The notes under the pieces were generated by a model. The model was not told the DNA's origin. It did not search any database and saw nothing but the letters and a program-made list of their open reading frames with translations. Position numbers and translations under genes: made by a program. Of a DNA stretch of 64,000 nucleotides, positions 49,171 through 61,968 are shown in pieces (the stretch's first letter is position 1; every line of letters begins with the position of its first letter). This DNA comes from Balanoglossus misakiensis. Lineage: Eukaryota; Animalia; Hemichordata. The stretch lies in contig CM082584.2 in assembly GCA_040954595.2 (NCBI GenBank), positions 186,001 through 250,000 of the forward strand, given 5' to 3'.

Positions 49171-51229
49171 TACTTAGGGAGCCCAAATAAAAGTGAATTA
49201 CATGAATCTATTCAAAATGCAACAAAAGAAGGAACTTTATTGCTCTGTGGCGGCTTGAGATAAATATTTACAGACAAGTGCAATATGCTGCAAATGAAAA
49301 GCGACTGAATGGCAGATCTGTGCAATCATTGTCAGACAATGAACAGGTTTCAGAGCATCACATGCATTTCTGTAATCCCTCTGGCAGATAGATTACCCGA
49401 AGTAGCAGAAAAAATAACAAATTCAGTCTTATCGTTATTTAAACACAAGACATTTTCAGACATTCAGTACCGACATCGGAAATACAATGTTCTAGATTTG
49501 AGAGCATTCTGGGAGCATTCTTCTTGGTAAAAGACAATGAAGAGCCATCTGCATAAAAGCTATGTACAGGCATCCATGACTAGAAACTAATTCACCTAAT
49601 GGAGAAGTGTACATATTAAAAAGTATAGGACAAAGAACTGATCCCTGTGTTACCCCAGTGTCAAGCGGATAAAATGGTGATTGTTTGGAACACGGTTACA
49701 GTAACCATGTCTGAAATTAACACATACACACAGGGTGCGATTGGAAAGGTATGACTGAAACCACAATAGGGCTGCAACCCACAAAAGACCAATCAATTTC
49801 ATTGATGATTCATTAAATGTCATCACAGTCACCATCATTGGAATCACAATCACCATTCTTTGAATTATCAGTTTGTTTTTCTTCCGTCCAGTTATATTCA
49901 TCAGTCAGTTCGTCAAAGTCAGAATCAGTCTCGTAAATATTTCCCTCTTCTTCTCTTAAAATGTCAAATTCATGTGACTCCTCCTGTAAAATTGCATCAA
50001 TGCTATTTTCCATATAATGATGTTCAGTATCAGTGATTGGTGATGGTGATTCTAATAGTGGTGACTTATCTGTATATTTTGGGCATACCCCATACTTTTT
50101 CGATGTGGTACAGAATCCAGGGTTCCCATTATGTGGATTACTGGAGTCATTGCATTGACACGCAGGGCCACAACCATTGTGGGTCTTATAACATTTACAA
50201 CATCTGCTATTACAAGTTGGCATCTTTTTGCAGCCACACCCTTTTGTTAGCAACTCCAAATTATTTTTCACTTTTTCTAAATTGGCATCACTGTCCCAAA
50301 TAATATCAAGTTCGCCGTTGCTTAGTCTGTATCCATAATTATTGAATAAGGGAAACGTAACATGGCACTGATCGGCCTGGGACCATTACTGAGAGACCCA
50401 GCATGATCTTTTCCAGTGCAGTTGTAGGGCTTCAAAGGAAGGGATACATTCTTCCTCATACTGGATACGTGGCCAAATTGTTTCTCATATATATGTAAGC
50501 CATTTGATGTGGTTATCTTTAAGACTGTTAGTGACACTGGCTACTTGTCGATAAAGTTCAAAAAGATGAGATGCATCAAATGCTTGGAAATGTTTCTTAA
50601 CATAAACACTACCTTTTAAACGTATGAAAGCGAAAATTCCATTCCCTACACTGTCTACTGTTGTGTTCCAGGTATAAGGGTGCCACTAGTTATAAACTCA
50701 GGGTATTGAAAAAATGTCTTGTAGAAAGATATCTTTCCGATGCCTGCAAAGTATAGTCACAACCTGTGCATATGAACACTGTTTGAAATATTTTGCCTAC
50801 ATATTGGAGGGGAATATGTTGCAAATAAGGGTCTAAATTTAAATCTGATTTGAATTGATTCATGTCTAAATAAGTGAGATTGGATAAATCATTATCCAGT
50901 TGTACAAATATCTCCTTTTGAACATGTTGATATAGTACTGGGAGGAGAACATGATAAGTATCGGTATCAGGGGAGTAAATAACACCTTTCTTGTAAGAGG
51001 ACTGAACTGCATGAAGGATGCATCTACTGTCAGCTTCTTCATGACAACTTTTGGCTTCCCACTCAGACACAATTCCATTACTACCGACGAAAAGACTCTT
51101 GTCCCTATTTTCCCCATCAAAGCCACCTGCTGTAATGAGGACATGATCACCTTGCAGAGCCGGTACAATTATTTTTAAAGATGTGGCTGACAAGAAGTTC
51201 ACTAGTTTTCTCTTGTTTGGCCTACAATT

Positions 51230-52203
51230 AATGTATGTTTTGAGCTAATATTATTGATTTCCTATTTTTTATGCATTTGTTTGTATTTTTCCATGTTATT
51301 GGTAAAAAGTCTTCATTTCTGAAAGTGATGGGCTTACTTCTTTTAAATTTAGTATGAAGCTTCCCAATTGTTGTCTGAGTAACCATAGTTGTGTTCAAAT
51401 TGTTGTAAAATTTGCATATTTATAATTTTGAGCAATATTTGCCATTTTTGGTCAATTTTTTTTTCTGTAAAACCGCATGCCGGATTGCTTTGCAATTTGG
51501 TAGGCATGTTCGTAGGTGTAACCCAAATAATATGTTGTAAAAAATGTGATATTTTCATAAATGTGTTATCGGGGAAACTTTTGCAATTTTTGTCAAAAAT
51601 TGTTTTCCTGAAACTGCTTGTCATATTGCATTGAACTTTGGCAGCATGTTCCTTGTAGTGGTTGAAGTAAGGTATTGTACAATTTTGTGTTTTTGCCACT
51701 TTTGAACAAATATTTTTTTGTGAAACTGCTTGTTGATTGCTTTGAAATTTGTTTTTTCTCTGATTGCTTTGAAATTTAGGATATAATTTCATAACACATA
51801 CATGTATATGTGCAACTTTTATTCAATTCTGATATCACAAATATTCAATATTTAGCGAGTTTTTTCTCCTAAACCAATTGTCCAGTTGTTTTGAAAGTTA
51901 CTGTTTACAAGGAGTTGTTACCCCCAACTGAGACATGTTTACATAACTTCAATAAGCCAGCTGTTAGAGAGACCATGGGCTATTAAATTGTTTATTACTA
52001 GTGGCAGGTCAGTGTGTGTGTCTGTCTGTCTGTCTGTTTCAGAGCTGACTGAAAGAAGTTGCTTCTCATATGTGTTTGTACAGACAATTTTTGGTCAATT
52101 TTTTTTACATTCCATATTTCTATATCGTAAGATCATATATGCTTGCAATGTCACCTGTAATTTTTATTCTGGTGTGTCACTGTTTCCGCATAATCCTCAA
52201 ATG
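51230..52203 (-). mobile_element. Diverged inverted copy of the Helentron-like repeat, inserted in the Academ ORF
   Basis: Reverse complement of ~27850-28900. Confidence 0.8.
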
Positions 52204-52816
52204 GGACCACAGTGTCCTTGACGCTATTCTTTGCTGTGTCATCTGAAAATATATTAGTTAGCTCCCTGGCGGTATTAAGTGGTGAAAATACTCAGCACCT
52301 TCAAGACAATTGATATACAACCTGCAGTTTGACTCATGTATTTTATGTACACTAACTGAATTATGGGTTTCATTTTAGAAAGAAAATAACTGATCTTTTA
52401 GATTCTTGGCAGCCATAGCTCTATAGGGTAAATAAATTGCTATTCTCTCCATTAGCCCACCTGTACAAGTATGCAATGCAGCTTTAACATCTTTATTGAC
52501 GCACATTTCATGGGCTTCATCTAGTGCTACATTAACCCAAGTTGAGCCTGACAAATTGCAAACAAAACCACCTGCTTTGAAATGTCACAACAGAGAGTTT
52601 GGCATCTTCAGAAGGTCAGCAAGGTGTCTGGGAATTAACCTCAAGTACAGGGATCGGTCATATGCATGGAACAGTTGGTTCATTTTTTTCAAAGCCGATA
52701 TTCGAAGGTTCCAATTTCCTGACCTTATTGCAATGTACAAAGACATGTATGCAAACAAATCTTCCTCTATAAATCTAACCCAAAATTTGAAAGTTTTGTC
52801 TGTATTTGCCCTTCTG

Positions 52817-53440
52817 CACAGTACGTGAAATATCCCATAATTCATTCTGATTTGTACAATTAGAGATTACTCAGTCAAACCAGGCAAAGTGTAGAGAGAA
52901 TTGTAGACCACTAATAGAAATTTTGAGATCTTACTTTTAAGGTGAATCTTATTGTCAATTACCATTTCAAATGATTTAGAAAATTATGTATTATTGAGAG
53001 AGAAGATACGAATTTTATAAAATAATCAAGCAATTGCATAGCCAGCCATACCAAAAAGTTTGGAGTAAAACAGGGACACTTGAAACACCTGTTTAATCAA
53101 ACAAAAAGATATTGATATTTTCTTTTGACAGAACAATGGAAATTTACATGTTAACTTTCAACAGAGACTGGCCACCTCAGTCAATCATTGCTTGTTTCCT
53201 CATTGCTTGTTTCCTCCGAAGTGTGGCATTTGCAGTACATGAATACTTTGATTCTTAATGCTTTTAAATTTTGATTTTGGAATTTCACTCTAATTCCTCA
53301 ACGTACTTTTCCTAGATAAACATAAATAGATTTATATGTACTTCATATCATTGTTAGTGTCTAAAACAGAAAAAGTTATTAAATGGGCAACCTTCGATGA
53401 TACAAATCATGGAGAATTGTGGGTAAAATATCGTACTGTG
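52817..53440. mobile_element. Transib/RAG-like-type MITE
   Basis: CACAGTACG...CGTACTGTG ends with degenerate ~40-bp TIRs; 5-bp TSD TTCTG (52812-52816, 53441-53445); removal restores the Academ frame FCDRRANTDK. Confidence 0.75.
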
Positions 53441-56024
53441 TTCTGTCACAAAAAATCTGAAATTCCTCTTGCAAGCGAGTAAGTTGAGCCTTAAGGTCAC
53501 CATTAATTTTGTCAATATGATCAGCTTTATCTTCAGTACATTCCAAAGATTTTGTGACAGCTTCTAGTAATTATTTTTGGACTGTTTCTGTATTTAAGGG
53601 ACAGTGCTGGGTATTATGGGTTTCACCCCTCTTATTCAAAAAGGAATTGACAACACATCTAAACATACTTTCCCAAATTTGTGTTAGGAAGCGATGAGTT
53701 AGCTTGAAATTTGTACACTGTACTAGGGTTTCCAAAGTTCCCCCTTTATGATTGAACCCTGCCAGATGTTTTAGGCCAGCATCCCAGAATATTTTCATGA
53801 TGACTGGTTGGTAATTTTTTAGAGTGTGCCAGTCTCTGATAAAAGGCTGCAACCAGTCTAAATTTGCACCATACATGTCTTTTAACTTTATCAGGTGATG
53901 GGAAGTTTTCCCATCACCAACCACAACCAGGTATTTTATTCTTACACCAACTCTGAATGTAACATATACAGCTTATTGATAATGTTATGGACAGTTTCAA
54001 TGGTGTCTGCGTGTTCACTTGCTATGCCCAAATAAATGACATTTGAGCATTCACTTTCATTACTGTTAGCATTTGTTGCTAATGTTGATTTAAAATCCCC
54101 AAAAACTGTTTCTATATCAGCTCTGTGCATTGCATTTTTCTGTAGAGCAAAAATGAATTGTCAGAAAACAGTTCTGACCAAGCAATGGCTTCTTCTTGTT
54201 TAATGTCAAAATCTGACAGCGAAATTGATGACCGTGGTTGATGTTGTCTCAGTAGAGGTGGTTTAAATACTACATCATCATGAACAGTATCATTGGATTT
54301 TTTTCTCCGTAAATGTACGGGCTTTTGCAATCAAACCTGTACCAGTATTTTTTTAGATAGATCTGTCAACCATGATTTTAGTATTATTTCCACAAATTGC
54401 CAAAAATTTCATTCATTTCAGAGTCTACTGTATTTTGTGAACAAAAGCCACTGTTTAATTCTTGCCACCGTTCAAATGAATTCTGTGCATTTTCACTCAC
54501 CAGACTATCTTTACTTTTAATTAACTGCCTGTTAAGAAGCAAATCATAATGGCCTGGTTGACCTGGCCTGTCTGGTGTGTACAAGAGACAGACAGGCTCA
54601 GTCTTGGAGAACACATCACCATCACCTCTTGCAAATATATCATTCTGCTTGGTGTATATATGTAATGGACATTTTGCAACATACACTAAAGATAACATTT
54701 CTGGCATACCAGCATATTAATCTGCCTTTTCCATACATTGTGTCCTGTGCAAAATGTCCATATAACGAGTGCCGTCTAACAGGACATCAAGTTGTGCATC
54801 ATCCATTCCTTCAAAGTATATATGATTGGCACGCATTATGTCTACTGTATCTGCTCTTAACTTGTCTGCGAATATTTTCTCTCGGTCAGCTAAAATTGGG
54901 TCAGAAGGGAGTCCACTAGGTAGATGATCGCAATTTTGCAATGCAATATCATTTCTCACAGAGATGCTCCTGAAAAAGCACCTTCCACCACCATATATGT
55001 TGATTAGCTTAAAATCTTTGACAGTTGAATGTTTGTCATGACTGCCAAAAACAATATCATCAACACTGTTCAAAATTGACTTTGGTTTTGGTTGGACCAT
55101 TTGATAAGAGGTACCGTGGAAACCTCTGTCCTTTGGATCAGCTCTAGCAGCTGCATATTTAGCTGATTTATCAATATTGTCAATGGAAGTTATACAAAAT
55201 GCATTATTTGCAATATTTTCCTCTGTGAAATCAGCTGATGTTCTTTTGTTGATAACTCCCAACATGTATCTATGCAATGTATCTCCAGAACAAATAATAC
55301 CAAATCAATTTAGAATTTTCACTAGAGTAGATGACCTACTATAACCTTCAACAATATCAGCCAGGTAAGTATGCAATGGGTAAGTACAATGATCAGAACA
55401 AGTGAACAATAGCATACACACAAAACAAACGCCTGAGGAATCGTGCTCTACTCTCCATAGAGTGCTGGTCATAAAATCCATAGTAGTGTTTATTCCATTC
55501 AAAGTTGGGGCTTTTTAATTTACTGCATTCACTGTTGTTCAACGTTTTATCACATGAACTGGCCCGTATAGCCGCTTGTGTGACGTAGAACAGGTCGAAT
55601 AAAAAATCCGAATTTACTCCTGTTCTACGTCATCAACCGGAACTATTTACACTGATTCGCCCGTCGCTGTAACTTTCTTGTGAAATGGAATAAACAAGTG
55701 GATGAACCCGTAGTTGTACATAAGTCATATAAAACTGACGGTTCCATGACGGTTCCGTAAGAATATCGCTGGGTAAAATCAATACGAGAAAGGTAGAATT
55801 TGAAACGTCAACGCTACGATCATGAATGTGTGCTTGCAGCTAGCGGGCCTGGTCCCGAGCGAGCCAGCACATTGTCTTGATTTTAGGCTTACGGAAGTTA
55901 CGAGAATGGTTTTGTTCCAGCTGAGCGGGATGACTAACACTCTGTATTCTGTCCACTGGTCAACGATAAGTATAAGACGTGGAAAAAACATCGCAATTCA
56001 TTTGTTTGAGAATCGAAAACATTT

Positions 56025-57910
56025 TAGTGGGGCAGTTAACAAAAAAATCGTGCACTTTGGGTTAAAAGCATGAAACTTGGTACACTTATGCATTGACCCA
56101 TGGCGGCCATTTTCTGATATGGATCCAAAATGACAGCGCCCTCTAGTGGCCAGAAACAGACATTCATACTTAAAAACCGTGCACTTCAGGTTAAAAGCCT
56201 GAAACTTGGTACACTTATGCATTGACCCATGGCGGCCATTTTCTGATATGGATCCAAAATGACAGCGCCCTCTTGTGGCCAGAAACTGACATTCACACTT
56301 TCCCCCCATTAATGGCACTTTTTGGTCATTTGTAACACTCTGAAACAGGAATGTGGGTTGTAAAACATGCTTGCTACCATACATTCATGTGTATACTGTG
56401 GAATACTTTTTGTTCGCGTGGAATTTATTTTGGCTGCTTTCGCGGAGGTAATTTTTGCGCGAAAATTTGTTCCAGCGGTATGTTTTGAACACAATAGACA
56501 TGAATATTAATGAGCTAGATCGACTGACGCAGTGACCTTTGACCACTGATTACTTGCATGTTACGTCTATGGAAAACAATCTGACACGGAACACGCACTC
56601 ACGCTCACGCACTCACATGCCGACAGTCATTATCGACACCTAGTAATTGACACCATAACTAAAACTGGTTAAAAACAATAAAATCAAATGTTTGCCGACT
56701 CGATTGACACCCAAAACGCATTGTTTGTCACCTAACAGCAGCCTGTGATGTTTGTGTTTGACGACTTAGCTTTGTCGATGTCAATCTGACACGGAACACG
56801 CACTAACGCACTCACATGCCGACAGTCATTACCGACACCTTGTAATTAACACCATAACTAAAACTGGTTAAAAACAATAAAATCAAATGTTTGCCGACTT
56901 GATTGACACCCAAAACGCATTGTTTGTCACCTAACGGCAGTCTGTGATGTTTGTGTTTGACGACTTAGCTTTGTCAACGTCTAATTTAAATTAGCGTACA
57001 GCGCCTTGGCTGATGACAATGTAAAGCGATCAGCGCGAAAATAAAGTCGCGCCGACGTATCGATTTTATCCATTGCGCGAAAATATATTCCAGCGATAAT
57101 AAAGTATTCCACAGTATTATCCTAATCCTGATATACATGTATCAGATCAATCTTGATTACATCTTCCTTCACAGTAACAATGACCACTGCTGTCAGACTA
57201 GACCTAAAGCACCTACAGAATCATGTCCATGACTTTTGGCCACTGATTTCCTGAGGTTGACTCTTTTCTTGGGCTTGACTAAGAGTTGTCCAACTTGATT
57301 TCCACTGGGATTCTGTTGGTTTGATATAGCTTTGCTAGGTTTCTCACAGCACATGTTCTTTAGATGCTGCCTGTATTCTCGAGAATCCTTGACTTTCTGG
57401 AGAAGAGGTGTTGTATTATCCCTTTGCATGACTTTGTGTATTGAACTGGTTGTTATTTCGAAGAACAAATCGTTCAATTAGTAACATACAAGATTGATCT
57501 GATGCATGTACATCAGGATTAGGATAATATTCAAAGGAATGTATGGGAGCAAGCATGTTTTACAACCCACATTCCTGTCTCTGAGTGTTAAACTTGCCCA
57601 AAAAGAGTCATTAATGGGGGGAAAAGTGTAAATGTCAGTTTCTAGCCACTAGAGGGCGCTGTCTTTTGGGATCCATATTGGAAAATGTCCGCCATGGGTC
57701 AATGAATAATTATACCAAATTTCATGATTTTAACCCAAAGTGCACAATTTTTAAGTATGAATGTCTTTTTCTGGCCACTAGAGGGCGCTGTAATTTTGGA
57801 TCCATATCAGAAAACGGCCGCCACGGGTCAATGCATAAGTGTACCAAGTTTTATGCTTTTAACCCAAAGTGCACAATTATGCCAAAATGTGGGGTTTAGC
57901 TCCTGCACTA
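56025..57910. mobile_element. Long-TIR non-autonomous element with TAGTG...CACTA ends and a TTT flank (Academ-type)
   Basis: ~400-bp inverted arms (56045-56393 plus 57115-57160 versus 57485-57880) containing 129-bp subrepeats. Confidence 0.72.
56396..57114. mobile_element. TA-specific (Tc1/mariner-type) MITE with an internal ~205-bp tandem duplication
   Basis: TA|CTGTGGAATACTTT ... AAAGTATTCCACAG|TA; the opposite arm of the host element shows the empty site. Confidence 0.82.
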
Positions 57911-59474
57911 TTTGTCTGGGGTCCAAGGCTGAGATTCTGTACGACGGTTGTATTTCCGCGGAAGCACAACTGCGCTGACTAGCCAGGCCGACGCAAACGC
58001 AACCTTGAACCTTGAACATCGTTCCTGGACTAATATTTTTAATATCCTGTCACAATAACGGTTTTAGGATATATGGCAATGGAACTGTGTTTATTTTTTC
58101 ATAAATTTTACAGTGAAGTGCGTCATTTTTTCTGTCAAACTGCGACTTGCAGCATAACTTTGCAGGCAACTCGACGCGATTAATTGCTAAGATGTTGTGT
58201 TGACATGTACACAGCGCGAGACAATGATTGACAGGCAGAATGTATCAAAATTCTGGCCCATGTGACTGACTCCGCGAATCTGATTGGTAGACAAGACGCA
58301 AAAGTGTAAAAACTTGAAAGTCGATTTCACTTTATGAATGAAAGTGATTCCATAATTAGCATATCTCGTTGGGGCCACAGATCGTTGCGCAGGGGAAAGA
58401 ACGTAATCCCGCTAAATAAACTACAAGGCCGCTCGAATATTTTAGCAGGATATTGGAATATTGTATCCTACCTCTTCTAACGAAAAATAAGAAGACTGTT
58501 CATGTGATAAATATATAATCCCATGATATTTTTCTTTATTTAACGTCATCGTATACTCGTGGTTTTCGCGGAGTCTAGCAACTTCTTGCCTACGGCTCGA
58601 AGTTGCACGGCTCTGCGAAAACACTCGTATACGATGACGTCAAACAAAGAAAAATATCATGGGATTATATATAAAAATAGTATTCCATAACACAGGGTCA
58701 ATCTCACTGACAATATATTCAACATCAAGTGTACTCAGATCAACAGTGTTTGTTTTGCAGTAATTACTGAATTTTTAAGATTGCTGATAAATGCTGACAT
58801 TTAATTTCACAGCCACCAAATCAAGCATTTTGAAAAAGTCAACGTCAACTTTACTCAAGTCTCATACTTGCTTTTCAAGCCTCTTTATCTGTTTCTCAGC
58901 TTGCACAACATACTGGGGATGTTCGACAAGTGCATTTTGGAGGGCAATAGTGAGATCTGAACCCGTTCGGTACAAAAAGGTGGAGAACTTTCTACTCACT
59001 TTTGATACAACAGAAAGGTGAATTGGATAATACACACATAGAAATTCCCGAATAAGCCAGCTATTAGGTTTTCTGTGGAATTCCACTGGTTGTACCTTGA
59101 CCTTGGGTCGCAAAGTCTGATATTCATCGTCTAAACAATCATTGAAATATTGCCTGACGTCAAACAATAGAATGGCGTGTTTTCTGAGGAGCACTTCTCC
59201 TAAAAAGACAACAGTTTTCCAGCATGCAAAATTCACCAAGTCGGTGTCACAGCTGCAGCCTTTTTGTAGCATTGTGACATATTTTTTAATTTCTTCAGCA
59301 AGTGCTATATCACTCGACATAATTAGGCCTTGTTGAATACTACACGTTGCTTTTTCCGCTAAAGCAACAAATGTTTATAACATTTCAAACAAATCAGGCT
59401 GTCTTGAGTAAGGGCAAATGGTGTGTTAGTTTGTTGGTGAATTGTTTGCACCATATCAAAATCAGGGATTTTAA

Positions 59475-60972
59475 CACTTTCGCTGCGGGAGGGCATTTTC
59501 TGCGCCGGCAGTCAGAATGCGGGAGGCGCATAAATGCGCCAAGATCGCGTCCGTTACTTGGTCTGTTCTATTTTATGTTCGTTGCTTATTTACTCATTTT
59601 GTATGACTATATATAGGACAGGGGTCAACCCTAATTGAGCATGCGCATATGTATTGTAAACAATCAAGTCGATTTTGTCATCAAAGGGTTTCCTTAAACA
59701 GCTGATTTTAGGTCGCCCCGATCATATTTTTTCATTCACTTGGTATTTAAAAATGGCGACATGGGCAAAGTTTGATGCCGACGAAGTTCTTGAATAAGTC
59801 TTTCAGGATAGTGACAGCGATCATAGCGATAGCGGAAGCCAAATTACGGACAACAACATCATAGAACCAGAAATAGAAGCCAGACACGGAGACAACAGAG
59901 TAGAGACAGAGAGAGAGGGAGGGTTTTTGTCATGTTCTCGGACGTCGTAACGTTGATGGTGACACGCGGTGGGTTTTGTATGACGTAAATGACAATTACA
60001 CACCGGACTGGTTGTCTGTATACGATCGTCGCTAAGGTTTATTAGTTGACACTGATGACTTTGCACCGGTTGACTTTTTTCAGCTGTTCTTTCCTGGTGA
60101 TGTGTTTGAGTTGATGTCATTGTCAGAGCAAACTGATATGTACACCGCACAATTTTTTGACAACCCTGCAATTGATGAGTTGCCCTTACGGTCAAGATTT
60201 CGCTAGATGCCTACTTCACTGAATTAAATGAAGGCGTAGGTTTCTTTGCAAATCTTGATGGGACTTTGCCAGAAGTCTATGTTGTCAGAGTATTATATCC
60301 ATTTGAAATGAATTGCCAAAACAGTACTATGCTAATGAATTTTTTTTAAATGTGTGTATATTCATATTTACCAACCTTGATTTCTTCAACTTGCAATTCA
60401 TTAAAACGTAGAGTATTTAATAAATTACTTAATTAATTTATTTTATTATTATTATTTATTTACAAGTTCAATCATTCACCTTTTCACTAATAATCTATAT
60501 TTCTTTCTCAGATTTTAAACATGTATACATGTAAATGGTGGGCATGATTTGATAATTGTTTTTATGGTCCATTAATAAATTTGATCAAATTTCTTGCTCA
60601 AAAGTCACTTGTTATTCCCTTTTATACAGGGGGAAGTTGTTTTTGACTATGTTTGTCTGTCAGCTGTGATACAATGAATTAAATACAGTATTTCAGTCAC
60701 TTATATTACAATATCTGTTGTTTTTACCATATTTCGACAGAAATCCATTATGGCTGCCAGTGTCACATGACCAATTAATGGTCATGTGACCATTTTTCAG
60801 TTTTATTATGTTGGTTGTCTTATAAAATATACTTGCTGGAAATATCATTGCATATACTTTCATATTACAAGAGATAGAGAGGGTAAAGTAAAACATTGTT
60901 TATTAGTTAAATTTACCATAGGAAACTACGCACAGGAATACATTAGCATATATTAACTACGCAGTGAAAGTG
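59475..60972 (+). mobile_element. Internally deleted piggyBac element with a decayed transposase N-terminus (~59753-60290)
   Basis: TTAA|CACTTTCRCTGCG TIRs|TTAA; acidic N-terminus and PVDFFQLFFP motif. Confidence 0.82.
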
Positions 60973-61968
60973 TTAAACAAATTGTTTGCCCGTGATAAGC
61001 ACGAAGTACACAAGGGATGGCTTTTTCTCACAGCAAGGATGTAGTGATGTTGACACAGTGGAAATGATGAAAATCCTTTAAAACCTGAGTTGGCTATACT
61101 CAATTTTGTACACAGTCCTCCTCGCCTGAAATCAGCTCTATAATGTCGCGTAAAAAAATGGCCTATTTCGCGACCCTTCAGCGGGGCCCACGGTAACGGC
61201 TACATGGTATGAAGTACTTTCCCTCATTAACATATGTTAATGAGTACCATGCGATCTGACTGTACAGACACACATGCACAACGAGAGATTAACAGGCAAA
61301 CACTGGCTGACCCATAAGCTGCCAATGGCATGTGTACTGTACACACAGCAAATGGTCTCTTTAACAGATAGCCAGTTATGAAAACATGCAGTTACCAATC
61401 ACTGTTATTATTGACAAATTGCATCCAAGTCCAGACCCAGGCTTGAATACAATTTTTTAAACAATAACAACATTGCTTACCCTGCTTCACCGAGCTGAAC
61501 AAGAAATGATGGTTGATAACCAGCATAATACTGAATAAAAATTCAAAAGTTACAGATATAGGACCTTTCGTTGCCCATATATTATATTACCATGGTCTGT
61601 GCGTTGCATTTTAATTGGTCAAGATGAACGACATCACTGACCACAAATACCCAGTAATGGTTTGTTTACATGCCCGTAAATCTGAATAGTAATATTAGCA
61701 AATAGTTCAGTGAACACAACATTTTGCATAACACAAGTTCTGGGGCCCCTAGTCTTGTGTGTGGGACATTTTCATAAATATTGATGGTTTTCTTGAGATT
61801 GTTGGTAATGTAATGGAAATAAATGTAGGGCTCGGGCTCTAGGAAAGCCAAATTTCATGGGCTCAGAAGCCTTGCCCATGAATTTTGGGCTTTCCCCTCG
61901 ACCTTGCCCAAAAACAAACGTTAATGGTCAGGGCGTTGTGCATTATTTCTATATTGTGTTGATCTTAC

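Larger units (their letters stand above)
55547..58673. mobile_element. Crypton-like non-autonomous element (hosting further insertions) inside the Academ ORF
   Basis: Left ttatcacatgaac is inverted at 58498-58510, followed by palindrome 58512-58671; removal rejoins IDPVLWNTIF..TLNNSE. Confidence 0.68.
49813..61100 (-). pseudogene. Fragmented Academ transposase polyprotein: N-terminal region, SIDNID..FHGTS, OTU-like domain, VGDGKT..DWH, RSGNW..FHAYDR..Y, XPG/PIN-like (HEEADSR, SPDTD, TGCDY), C-terminal Cys cluster (GCGC..C..CCKC..CG..CQC)
   Basis: ORFs 58862..59320, 55305..55502, 54717..55277, 54384..54707, 53571..53924, 52585..52845, 50690..51202, 49813..50271, all on the minus strand and in the expected order; the upper limit is approximate. 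Confidence 0.82.
48035..61262 (-). mobile_element. Academ (XPG-nuclease/Cys-finger type) DNA transposon relic with multiple nested insertions
   Basis: 32-bp TIRs CAGTCAGATCGCAYGGTRCTCATT..CATATG (28/32 identical), flanked by TACA on both sides; they enclose a fragmented transposase-XPG-Cys ORF. Confidence 0.75.

Noticed and set aside
57193-57477. ORF in the core of the long-TIR element as a helicase or transposase remnant
   Set aside because: No motif I can identify with confidence.
49175-59633. TAGGG...CCCTA as alternative Academ termini
   Set aside because: Only 5 bp match, there is no TSD, and the right site lies inside the piggyBac insertion.
61481-61530. Possible 50-bp minus-strand exon with good splice signals
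   Set aside because: Too short, no motif, and the length does not fit the phase 1-1 series.
61575-61960. Possible fourth Crypton-like element
   Set aside because: Palindromic remnants are present but too decayed to define ends.
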